A DNA stretch of 64,000 nt, from sequence record NC_061441.1. One strand, 5' to 3'. The notes under the pieces were generated by a model that was not told the origin of the DNA, made no database searches, and was given only the letters and a program-made list of their open reading frames with translations. The stretch's first letter is position 1. Each line of letters starts with the position of its first letter. Below, one piece after another: positions 9,979-18,020 of this stretch. The position numbers were made by a program, and so were the translations under genes.

Positions 9979-10509
9979 ATGACGGAAAAGATTGAACAGT
10001 TGGCGAAGTGGTATGACGCGGCAAAGACCGCGTTTAAGATGGGCACTCTCAATCCTAACGGTAACATTGCGTTGCTGTTGAGTATTCTGGCCCGTCTGAA
10101 TAAGTCAGTAGACGAAGCCGCTCCTGGTCCTGTGCGTGATCGGGCAGAAAAGGAACGTGCTGAGTTTCTTGACGAGCTGGCCGGTGAGGTCGATATGTAC
10201 GCTCTCATCCGCAAGCGCTTCAACAACGATCTGTACCCAGGCATTACTGTGAGCGAAGACGTGAAGGTGTATGTTGCCCTCATGGCTGATCGCCCAGGCA
10301 GTGCTGTAATGGCGATGACCTTCCTGCACCTTGCTCGTTGCTACACGCTCAAGGACATGATCATTAACTTTCTCCCGAACGGCTTCCCGGCTGAGGACGC
10401 ACTTGGCCTCACTTGGAGCATACAGAAGACAGACACTGGAAACCTGGTGGATGATATTGATTCTGTAAATAGCCTGTACAACAAGATGTATAACTCTGGA
10501 GATAAGTAA
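9979..10509 (+). CDS. hypothetical protein
   Basis: ORF with GAGG RBS. Confidence 0.65.
   Translation: MTEKIEQLAKWYDAAKTAFKMGTLNPNGNIALLLSILARLNKSVDEAAPGPVRDRAEKERAEFLDELAGEVDMYALIRKRFNNDLYPGITVSEDVKVYVALMADRPGSAVMAMTFLHLARCYTLKDMIINFLPNGFPAEDALGLTWSIQKTDTGNLVDDIDSVNSLYNKMYNSGDK
10463..10471 (+). promoter_or_regulatory. CTGTAAATA candidate promoter motif
   Basis: Exact copy 38 nt before the start at 10509. Confidence 0.45.
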
Positions 10510-11102
10510 TGGATTTATCTGCATTAGGTTACGCACCGAAGCAGTTCCGAGTAATCCCCGTTGAGAAGGGCAACCTCGTGACTGACTTCATTCAAGGTAA
10601 GTTCCGCGTTATCGGCGTTGAGTGCAACGCTCGTGGTGCTTACGGAAGCCCGATTCAAAAGAGTATTGCCCGTCGTTTCCCTGAAGTCGTGAACCGCGTC
10701 AACGCCGTTGATTACGAACACGAATTAACAATCGGTAAGACGCATTTGGTTCGCGTTCGCACACAAGCCCGTCGTGATTTGTTTGTTGCTAACATGCACA
10801 TTGCGCGTGGCTTTGGTCTGGGTCTGAATGGTTCGTCTGAGGGTCATCATAAGCCCGTTAACCGTTTCAGTGAAAAGTTCCTGACGCGAGCGTTTGAACA
10901 TCTGCTGGAGCAGTGCGATAAAGAAAACATCGCACCAGACCGACAGATTGCTATTCAGCGTTTCTATGGCGGACTCGGCGGAGTTTCTTGGGAAGAGGTT
11001 TGTGTTGTGCTCGATGCTATCTGTGAGAAGCACCAGTTCAACATGTACGCCTACTTGCCAAAGAACTACAATACTAACTATGTGCGGGGTTCCGCGCAAT
11101 AA
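10509..11102 (+). CDS. macrodomain-like protein (Appr-1-p processing / TARG1-like fold)
   Basis: KGNLVTD, ECNARGAYGSPIQKSIARRFP, FVANM and GGLGGVSWEEV segments match phage macrodomains. Confidence 0.65.
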   Translation: MDLSALGYAPKQFRVIPVEKGNLVTDFIQGKFRVIGVECNARGAYGSPIQKSIARRFPEVVNRVNAVDYEHELTIGKTHLVRVRTQARRDLFVANMHIARGFGLGLNGSSEGHHKPVNRFSEKFLTRAFEHLLEQCDKENIAPDRQIAIQRFYGGLGGVSWEEVCVVLDAICEKHQFNMYAYLPKNYNTNYVRGSAQ

Positions 11103-11114
11103 CTTTGGGGTGTA

Positions 11115-11450
11115 TTGATGAACACAATACGCGGATTTGATTGGCTCTTTTACGGAGATGGAACCGATAGTGGCCAACACTCAATTGTAAGTCTTGTTGT
11201 CGATCAGACAGCAAAATCAATACAGGTAGAAGTAGAGCCAGGATGCGCCGTGCCTGTAATTCAAGCGATTCAGGAAAATGACGTCCTGTACGCTCAGGCC
11301 GAAGCTGGCCTCTATCGTATTCGTTACAGTTGCTCATTCCGAACGTTGGATGCTAACGTCTTCCCGCCCACCAAGACTAACTTCCAGTTGAAGTTGATCG
11401 CGTGTGACTTCCTTGCGGGTGTTACTACTCACGATAAACTTCTGGACTAA
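11115..11450 (+). CDS. hypothetical protein
   Basis: ORF in operon. Confidence 0.55.
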   Translation: MMNTIRGFDWLFYGDGTDSGQHSIVSLVVDQTAKSIQVEVEPGCAVPVIQAIQENDVLYAQAEAGLYRIRYSCSFRTLDANVFPPTKTNFQLKLIACDFLAGVTTHDKLLD

Positions 11451-11455
11451 GCACT

Positions 11456-12214
11456 ATGATTACAGTAAAGAATATTGAACTGCGTTTGAAAAGAATAGAC
11501 TATACTCGGCCTTCACCGACCCGTGAACGGCTTGAGGAACTTGTGGCTGATGGACGTTCACGTATCTTGAAGGCGGCGCAGATTGATGGACTGTGTCCTG
11601 AATCTGATCGTTACTTTGAGTTCTGCCTGTCGCAAGTTGGTTCATTCTGCACTGCATCATACAACGCTGTGGAGATCGCTCTCTGCATCGGCTTGCAACC
11701 TATCCACGTTGCTGCCGCTATCAGCGTTCACGGTTTCGAATGGTCGCATCGTCTTCTTGGTTTGAAGCGATTCGCTGCCCTCGATCGCGGTAGCTTTACC
11801 GTCTGGAAATCTGCTGACGCTTGGTTCTCGTTGGGTGAGGCGCAACGCCGCGCAGCGAACGTGTACGGTGACCAAACTATTTCTGTCGGGCAGTCTAAGT
11901 TGCGTCAGGCGATACGCACCAGTAACATGGACGTCATTCGTCAGATTGCACAAGCACATCCGCATCGCGTGATGAGTGTGCTTGCTCCTCGACATGCACT
12001 GTATACTGATCCTCGTGCAGAGAAAGCTCGGCGCGAACGTGAAGCCAAGAAAAAAGAACTGGCTGCCGAAGGTAAGAAGTTAGCTGAACGCGGTTCGTAC
12101 AACGATCTTGGTACTGTATTCAACGGGCCAATTACCAAACCAGATCGCACTCGTGGTATTGATGATTCTTCTCAAACACGAAGTACGGTTAGTGGTCGTC
12201 GTTTTCGTGTCTGA
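11456..12214 (+). CDS. hypothetical protein
   Basis: 252 aa ORF in operon. Confidence 0.6.
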   Translation: MITVKNIELRLKRIDYTRPSPTRERLEELVADGRSRILKAAQIDGLCPESDRYFEFCLSQVGSFCTASYNAVEIALCIGLQPIHVAAAISVHGFEWSHRLLGLKRFAALDRGSFTVWKSADAWFSLGEAQRRAANVYGDQTISVGQSKLRQAIRTSNMDVIRQIAQAHPHRVMSVLAPRHALYTDPRAEKARREREAKKKELAAEGKKLAERGSYNDLGTVFNGPITKPDRTRGIDDSSQTRSTVSGRRFRV

Positions 12215-12266
12215 AAAACAGATAACGGTAATTTCGACAGGTCAAAACAAATAACGGAACACTATC

Positions 12267-13037
12267 ATGAGCAACGTTGATAAAACAATGCCACAAGGTC
12301 GCTGGGAATTTAACGAACCAGTTGCTGCTGTCTTCGATAACATGTTGCAAAACTCCATTCCTTCGTATGACCGTATGCGTGACCTGACCTATCGTCTTGG
12401 TCGCCAGTTCGTAACTCCAGGTACGGCCATCGTTGATTTGGGCGCATCGCTTGGTCGCGCTATCGAACCATTCTGCGCTGAGTTCGGCGAGTACCATTAT
12501 ATTCATGCTGCTGACCGCCCTGAGCCAGATCGTGAAATCGGCAATCACTACTGCTGCTACGAAGTCGCACCGGCAATGCTTGAGCGTCTTCGTCAAAACG
12601 AAGTGCTGGTCAACGCCAAAGCAAAAATCAGTAGTGATTCGCTGGTTGAAGTCGATACTTTCCGCTTCGACGAGCAGGTTGAGTGCTCCCTGATTCTGAG
12701 TGTGCTGACTCTCCAGTTCACTCCTATCGAACACCGCCAACACATTCTGGAGAAAGTGTACGACTCTCTGGAGAAAGGCGGTGCTTTCATTCTGGTTGAG
12801 AAAGTGTTGGGTGACGACAACTTCCTTGACCGTTTGCTGGTAGACACCTACTACGGCATGAAGGGCGATAACGGTTACTCGCAAGAATCTATTGCGACTA
12901 AGCGCAAAGCTCTCGAAGGCGTACTGGTGCCTGTGAAAGCTGCATGGAACGAAGAACTGCTGCGTAAAGCAGGCTTCAACCGTGTGGAGTGTTTCTACCG
13001 CGACCTGAACTTTGCTGGATGGATCGCAGTCAAATAA
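12267..13037 (+). CDS. cmoA: carboxy-S-adenosyl-L-methionine synthase (CmoA-like)
   Basis: WEFNEPVAAVFDNMLQNSIPSY, VDLGASLG, LTLQF, EK, NGYS..SIATKRKALE (Arg equivalent to E. coli CmoA R199), AGF..NF; collinear with CmoA over its full length. Confidence 0.9.
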   Translation: MSNVDKTMPQGRWEFNEPVAAVFDNMLQNSIPSYDRMRDLTYRLGRQFVTPGTAIVDLGASLGRAIEPFCAEFGEYHYIHAADRPEPDREIGNHYCCYEVAPAMLERLRQNEVLVNAKAKISSDSLVEVDTFRFDEQVECSLILSVLTLQFTPIEHRQHILEKVYDSLEKGGAFILVEKVLGDDNFLDRLLVDTYYGMKGDNGYSQESIATKRKALEGVLVPVKAAWNEELLRKAGFNRVECFYRDLNFAGWIAVK

Positions 13038-13048
13038 GGTAAAACGAA

Positions 13049-14095
13049 ATGAGCGTAAGTGGTGATATTTATAACATCCCTCAACCGTTCGCCATATATT
13101 GTGGCAACTGTGAAACTCGTGCTCAGGCAAAAGTTGCCTCAGGCACAATCGAATGGGCGTCAGAGAAAGTCTGCTGCGTTGTTGCCGACGATAACGGCCT
13201 GTTCCCTGATGTGCCTCACGTCAACATCGCAAGCGTCCATGCCACAGATGCACGTACTCTGGTAATTGGCTGTGCACCGTTCGGCGGTAAGATTGACGAG
13301 CACATGGACCGCACTATTCGCAGTGCTATCTATCGTGGTCTGAACGTTGCTGCCGCGATGCACAATCGTCTGGCAGATAATCCTGAATACGTTGCGCTGG
13401 CCGAACAGTATAACGTCAAGCTGTATGACTTCCGTCATCGTCCTGACGCGTACCCTCTCGGTACTGGTGAGAAGCGCAGAGGCATTCGTCTGCTGACTGT
13501 AGGTACCGATAGCTCTTGCGGTAAGAAGTTCACGACGCTGACGCTGCACCGCATCCTGAAAGAGATTCACGAAGACACCGTGTTCTGTTCAACTGGCCAG
13601 ACTGGTTTCCTGATCAGCAACTGTGGTATCAACAACGATACGCTGGTGGCTGATTTCCTTGCTGGCGCTGCTGAGTCTTTATCTCCCGATGGTCCTGATG
13701 ATCGTATCTATCTGATTGAAGGCCAGGGTGCTATTACTCACCCAGCGTATACTGGTGGCAGCATGAGCCTGATTGCTGGCTCGCAGCCTGACTACTTCAT
13801 CATGTGCCATGCGTGGGGACGTAAGAATCAGCTCGGTGTTAAACGCGCACCTGACCTTGCTTTTGAACTAAAGGCCAATCTGGACGCAGCGGCCATTCAC
13901 GGTCTTACTCCTAAGTATCTAGGCATCAGTATCAACTTCTCCGAGAGTGGCCTGACCATCGAAGAACAAGACGCTGAGATGTGCGCCCTGGAGGACCTGT
14001 ACGATATTCCAGTGTTCGACCCGTCGCGTGATCGTATCGTCATCAAAGAGATGGCACATCATCTCAAGACGACTGTAATATTCAGGGGCAAGTAA
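13049..14095 (+). CDS. DUF1611 family protein (DgcN-like, P-loop C-terminal domain)
   Basis: LVIGCAPFGG, AAMHNRLADNPE, GTDSSCGKK, STGQTGFLI, DFLAGAAE, IEGQGAITHPAY. Confidence 0.85.
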   Translation: MSVSGDIYNIPQPFAIYCGNCETRAQAKVASGTIEWASEKVCCVVADDNGLFPDVPHVNIASVHATDARTLVIGCAPFGGKIDEHMDRTIRSAIYRGLNVAAAMHNRLADNPEYVALAEQYNVKLYDFRHRPDAYPLGTGEKRRGIRLLTVGTDSSCGKKFTTLTLHRILKEIHEDTVFCSTGQTGFLISNCGINNDTLVADFLAGAAESLSPDGPDDRIYLIEGQGAITHPAYTGGSMSLIAGSQPDYFIMCHAWGRKNQLGVKRAPDLAFELKANLDAAAIHGLTPKYLGISINFSESGLTIEEQDAEMCALEDLYDIPVFDPSRDRIVIKEMAHHLKTTVIFRGK

Positions 14096-14096
14096 C

Positions 14097-14966
14097 ATGG
14101 CTAAACATCCTCTTCGCAAGCTGTTTGAACAGCACGTAAAGAAAGAGGTCAAAGCCAAAGAAGTGGCCGTTCTGCTTTCGAGCGGCCTCGATGGTTTGGT
14201 TAGCGCACTCGCGGCGCACGATCTCGGCATGAAGGTACATGCCTTTACTTTTCAGATGGGCGACGACCAGAGCTTCGACAGCAAACACGCTGCAATCGTA
14301 GCCCAGAAAATGGGCTGGGAGTTCACGCTCGTTAAGGTGCCAGACTCTGATAGTGCAATCGCCAAAGGCTGGAAGACGTTGCACAAGAATTTCCGCTGCA
14401 TCAAAAAGCGTGATTACGAGTGTGCGTACCCTATGGTGTACTGCTACAAAGCGATCAAAGATGCAGGCTTGAAATACGTGCTTAGTGGTCTGGTGGCTGA
14501 CGGTTACTTCCTGTATAACCGAAACACGCACATTCAGAAAGTAAGCGGCCCGCACTCTATCGCTGAAAAGTATCACGCGTACCGCACCGAATACTTCCGA
14601 CCGTGGATCAAAAGCGGTAAGAAGTCGCTCGGCGTTGACGGCTATAACCCGAGCGGTATGCTGCAACACGAATTGCTGTGTGACCACTTCGGCCTTGTTC
14701 ACGTTAACCCGTGGATGCAGCCGAAAGTATTTGATTACTTCATCAAGTACACATGGCAAGAGTTAAATATGCCTAAGCAGAAAATGCCAATAACAACGGC
14801 TTGGGCAGATCACATCGCAGTTGTTGGACATCGTCCACATCGCGGCTATCAAACAGAAGCTGGAGTGCCTGCGCACTTCGAACGCTTACTGGATAATCCT
14901 GAGATCAACTTCAACGGCCGCAAGCGCATCATGGACGTGGCCCGCGATTGGTCAACGAGGACTTAA
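14097..14966 (+). CDS. asparagine-synthetase-like ATP-dependent amide ligase, synthetase domain only (CmoY-like candidate)
   Basis: PP-loop VAVLLSSGLDG, HAFTF, DSKHAAIVAQKMG, VLSGLVADGYF; no N-terminal Ntn glutaminase domain. Confidence 0.75.
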   Translation: MAKHPLRKLFEQHVKKEVKAKEVAVLLSSGLDGLVSALAAHDLGMKVHAFTFQMGDDQSFDSKHAAIVAQKMGWEFTLVKVPDSDSAIAKGWKTLHKNFRCIKKRDYECAYPMVYCYKAIKDAGLKYVLSGLVADGYFLYNRNTHIQKVSGPHSIAEKYHAYRTEYFRPWIKSGKKSLGVDGYNPSGMLQHELLCDHFGLVHVNPWMQPKVFDYFIKYTWQELNMPKQKMPITTAWADHIAVVGHRPHRGYQTEAGVPAHFERLLDNPEINFNGRKRIMDVARDWSTRT

Positions 14967-14967
14967 T

Positions 14968-15582
14968 ATGTTTGTACACATCATTGACGGTGGTATTGGT
15001 GGGTCTTATGTTGCTCACCAGTTAATGGAAGCTGGGTTTAAATGTCGCGTTCACTCTCCGAATAACAATCGTGTTCGGGCAGTACATGCGCCATACCCTT
15101 CGCTTTCTATGGGTCACACTGAACAGGAAATTGAAAAGCATATCGGTAACGTGCTTGGTACGTTTCGCGGTCTGTTCCTGATCAGTAGCTACGTTGGTTC
15201 GTTAATTGCAAATCAGATGATCGATCAATGCGGTCAGAGTGGAAACATCATCACCTGTGACGATCTCAAGTGTGGTTCAATACCTGTTGTTGCTTCATCC
15301 ATTTCTGTAAACGTCTATAAGAAGCAAAGACAACTGGCACGTATCTCGCATCGCTTGAAACACTTCGACATTGACCACGAGTTTATTGTCGCTGATAAGG
15401 CTGTGCGTTTTGCTGCTGGTTCGGAGTATGATGAGCACGATGCTCGAAAGGAGTTTAACAACAACGCCAAATTCCTTTCAAGTCCGTCAATGATTGTTGC
15501 TGCACACAAACTCGGTGTGAAGAACAGTATGTACCACAACTATGCGGGACTGGTGCGCGAGTTTCTTGAGAAGCGCCAGTAG
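14968..15582 (+). CDS. hypothetical protein, possible remote Asp/Glu racemase fold
   Basis: ATG after GAGG RBS; IIDGGIGGSYV resembles MurI FDSGVGGxSV; catalytic Cys positions appear to be Ser; fold call is weak. Confidence 0.55.
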   Translation: MFVHIIDGGIGGSYVAHQLMEAGFKCRVHSPNNNRVRAVHAPYPSLSMGHTEQEIEKHIGNVLGTFRGLFLISSYVGSLIANQMIDQCGQSGNIITCDDLKCGSIPVVASSISVNVYKKQRQLARISHRLKHFDIDHEFIVADKAVRFAAGSEYDEHDARKEFNNNAKFLSSPSMIVAAHKLGVKNSMYHNYAGLVREFLEKRQ

Positions 15583-15600
15583 CAGTAACGCGAGGGCACG

Positions 15601-15864
15601 ATGATTAATCGCTTTCAATTGAAGAAAGTTCCGACGCTCGAAGCGTGTCAATGGAACGGGGAGAACGTCGAGGAGATGCAGAAGTTCATCGACGGTCACG
15701 GATATGTTGTTGGGCGTTATGTCCAGATTGGTGTGCTCGATGAATATCGCAAGCCGTCTATTGCTAACGTGTCTGTAGGCAACTACGCAGTTAAGCACGA
15801 AGACGGTCGGTTCGATGCGATGACAGCAAGCGAACTGATGGACAAATACGTTCTGGCGGATTGA
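15601..15864 (+). CDS. conserved phage hypothetical protein
   Basis: EACQWNGEN...GNYAVKHEDGRF pattern common in phage small proteins. Confidence 0.65.
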   Translation: MINRFQLKKVPTLEACQWNGENVEEMQKFIDGHGYVVGRYVQIGVLDEYRKPSIANVSVGNYAVKHEDGRFDAMTASELMDKYVLAD

Positions 15865-15871
15865 GGGCATA

Positions 15872-16327
15872 ATGAATCTGTTTTCTATTTTAAAGCAACA
15901 GGTAAAGAAAGCGCTGTCCACCGAAGCGAATCACGAACCAGAGATTCGTGCGTTGTTCGACTGGCGCTACTCTGTTGAGATCAAAGGCCAGATGTACATT
16001 GTAGGTAAGACTGGAGCAAACACTTGCTTCTATGTTGAGCCTGGTACTGACGAGCCGATTGCGTGTTACCCTGACGCGCTGCTGGAGAAGATTGACCAGT
16101 GGGGCGGAAGCAAGTACGTGTCGTATTCGATCTTCTTTAAACGCTTCGATAGCCCTGTCGCCGAGAACATCAAAACTCTCGAAAAGGCAATGAGCGGTAA
16201 GCCTAAGTCGTACAAGAAAGGCTACTTCATCTGTGGCGTGACGCCGAAAGGTAAGCGTGTGAAACTCTATCGCTTGCAGCAAGGTCTGTCGGGTATGCAG
16301 TGGGTAGCTGTCGAACCTAAATCGTAA
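15872..16327 (+). CDS. hypothetical protein
   Basis: ORF with GAGG RBS. Confidence 0.65.
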   Translation: MNLFSILKQQVKKALSTEANHEPEIRALFDWRYSVEIKGQMYIVGKTGANTCFYVEPGTDEPIACYPDALLEKIDQWGGSKYVSYSIFFKRFDSPVAENIKTLEKAMSGKPKSYKKGYFICGVTPKGKRVKLYRLQQGLSGMQWVAVEPKS

Positions 16328-16357
16328 CAGCACGGCCTGTCCGTGTGAGGAGCAAAT

Positions 16358-16645
16358 ATGATTGACGACATTATTATTGGTCACATCTATCAGTCATCGA
16401 ATGGTCATCCATATAAAGTGGAAGGCCGCGCCGAACACGGGCAAAACCCAGAAGACAAGTGGGTACAACTCCATAACCTGACTCAAACTCCTTTGTATGC
16501 CAAAGGCCATAAGTTCAGTATGCGAGAGTCCGTGTTCAAGGAAGTTTTCTCTGTGTATACAGAAGGAGAGTACCATGAACACAACGTTAAGGCATCATCT
16601 GAAATGCCGCCACTTCGATCCTTCATTCTACCATTGTTGGCTTAG
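16358..16645 (+). CDS. DUF1653-like small beta-barrel protein
   Basis: IGHIYQSSNGHPYKV..AEH..V....F.MRES.F pattern. Confidence 0.55.
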   Translation: MIDDIIIGHIYQSSNGHPYKVEGRAEHGQNPEDKWVQLHNLTQTPLYAKGHKFSMRESVFKEVFSVYTEGEYHEHNVKASSEMPPLRSFILPLLA

Positions 16646-17088
16646 CGATACGCAAATGACCGTGCCCTTGTTTGGCTTTGATCGAGCAATGCGTGGTCTA
16701 CAGGTCTACACACCAGATGCACCAAAGCACGATAAGAACCCGAAAGCGTGTCGTTACTTCACGCGAGCGTTCGGTGGCAAGCAGTTGGTGTGGGGATCGG
16801 AAATTAAACCTGAACGGGTCGACCGTCTTCTTAACTGAGTCTGTTTTCAAGGCATGTGCGCTGCATCGTCTTGGACTCAATGCTTGGTCCGTTCTCGGGT
16901 CTAATGTGAGTGAGCATCTGTACCACCAGCTTCGACTTCTTGGTCTACGTTTCGTCTGTCTTGGTGACAACGATAAAGCAGGACTGGAGTTTAGTCAGAC
17001 GTTCGGACTAGGCGCGGTCAGTGCGGATCTTGATGAGATGACTGATGAGCAGTTGCTTGATTTAACTTTACCCTTCGTAAGGAAATAG
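16575..17088 (+). pseudogene. small Toprim (primase-like) gene split by a frameshift near 16800
   Basis: Strong RBS and ATG at 16575; frame 1 ends at TGA 16838; Toprim motifs FLTES and LGDNDKAG lie in the +1 frame, which has no good start of its own. Confidence 0.65.
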
Positions 17089-17090
17089 AA

Positions 17091-17519
17091 ATGTCACGCG
17101 AAGTTATCGTCCGTATCTTAGGCCCTGTTGGTGCTGGCAAGTCTGCTGTGTATGCAACTCTGGTCAAAGCGCTGACTCAAATCGGTGTTGACGTCAAACA
17201 TGCCGATGAGAAAGCGTGGAAGTCTCTGGAGAACGCAGGCGAAGTTGCGCTGTCTACCGAAACGCTGAACGAACTCACACCTGTTGTGACGTTTGAAGAA
17301 GCTGGTATTCGCACTGATGCGTCCGCAAGCCAGAACTCTATCATGCAGTTCTTTGCTTATGCGCATCTTCCGCCGCACCTGCAAGCTGTGAGCAAACCGT
17401 TCGCTCTGCTGGCTCAAGAGATGGACCAGAACCTTCCACAAGGTCCTGAGAAGTCTGCCGGTCTGCGCAAGCTGCTTGAAGCGAAAGACTGCATGGTTCG
17501 CCAGCTCGTTTCCAAATGA
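17091..17519 (+). CDS. two-part protein: N-terminal Walker A-like segment plus conserved phage helical-hairpin domain
   Basis: GPVGAGKS; C-terminal QFFAYAHLPPHLQAVSKPF...GPEKSAGLRKLLEAKDC. Confidence 0.7.
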   Translation: MSREVIVRILGPVGAGKSAVYATLVKALTQIGVDVKHADEKAWKSLENAGEVALSTETLNELTPVVTFEEAGIRTDASASQNSIMQFFAYAHLPPHLQAVSKPFALLAQEMDQNLPQGPEKSAGLRKLLEAKDCMVRQLVSK

Positions 17520-17839
17520 GTCTCGATCTCTTAGTGCCGCCTATCGGTCTGGAGCGCATTGAGTATCGTAACTACAACTACGACAATGTTAGCCTCAACA
17601 TTTTGAACATCATTAGCGTAGTGCCGAGCGCATTCAAGTCATATCCTGATAATGAAGGCACTCCGTCTATTGCATTCGAAATACGCGGGCGAGAGAAGCC
17701 TGTCCACTGGATTATCCCTAAAGGGAAGTACGGTGCGAACGCTACGGCGTTGCGGGACAGACTACTCCATCGTTTGCAGACAGGTGGCTATTCGCATTTG
17801 GTGGCTGCTGACGAACTGATCGCTGACTTACAGAAATAA
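17516..17839 (+). CDS. hypothetical protein
   Basis: ATGA-coupled ORF ending before a terminator. Confidence 0.6.
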   Translation: MSLDLLVPPIGLERIEYRNYNYDNVSLNILNIISVVPSAFKSYPDNEGTPSIAFEIRGREKPVHWIIPKGKYGANATALRDRLLHRLQTGGYSHLVAADELIADLQK

Positions 17840-17842
17840 CCC

Positions 17843-17870
17843 AAGGGTGGCCATTAGGCTGCCCTTTTCT
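17843..17870 (+). terminator. rho-independent terminator
   Basis: AAGGGTGGCC-ATTA-GGCTGCCCTT followed by TTCT. Confidence 0.75.
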
Positions 17871-17993
17871 GATCTTAGACAACTAAAACAAGCCCATAAG
17901 GACAGAGTAGAACCGTGCGTAAAGCGTATAAAACCATGTGTAGGCAGCGTAGAAACACCACCTTTTTCTTGAGCAGTGGGAAGCGCTTAAAAA

Positions 17994-18002
17994 CTGTAAA
18001 TA
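17994..18002 (+). promoter_or_regulatory. CTGTAAATA candidate promoter motif
   Basis: Intergenic, downstream of a terminator, just before the RBS of the Dam-like gene. Confidence 0.55.
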
Positions 18003-18020
18003 CTGATAAAGGAGAGAAAA

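Noticed and set aside
12267-13037. CmoA as a simple tRNA wobble-modification auxiliary gene or generic methyltransferase
   Set aside because: Not excluded, but no cmoB-like gene or tRNA is in the window, and the motif X Arg MTase plus amide ligase give a more coherent use for Cx-SAM
17871-18020. About 150-nt intergenic region as a possible ncRNA or origin
   Set aside because: No convincing stem-loops, tRNA arms or iterons; explained by terminator plus promoter spacing
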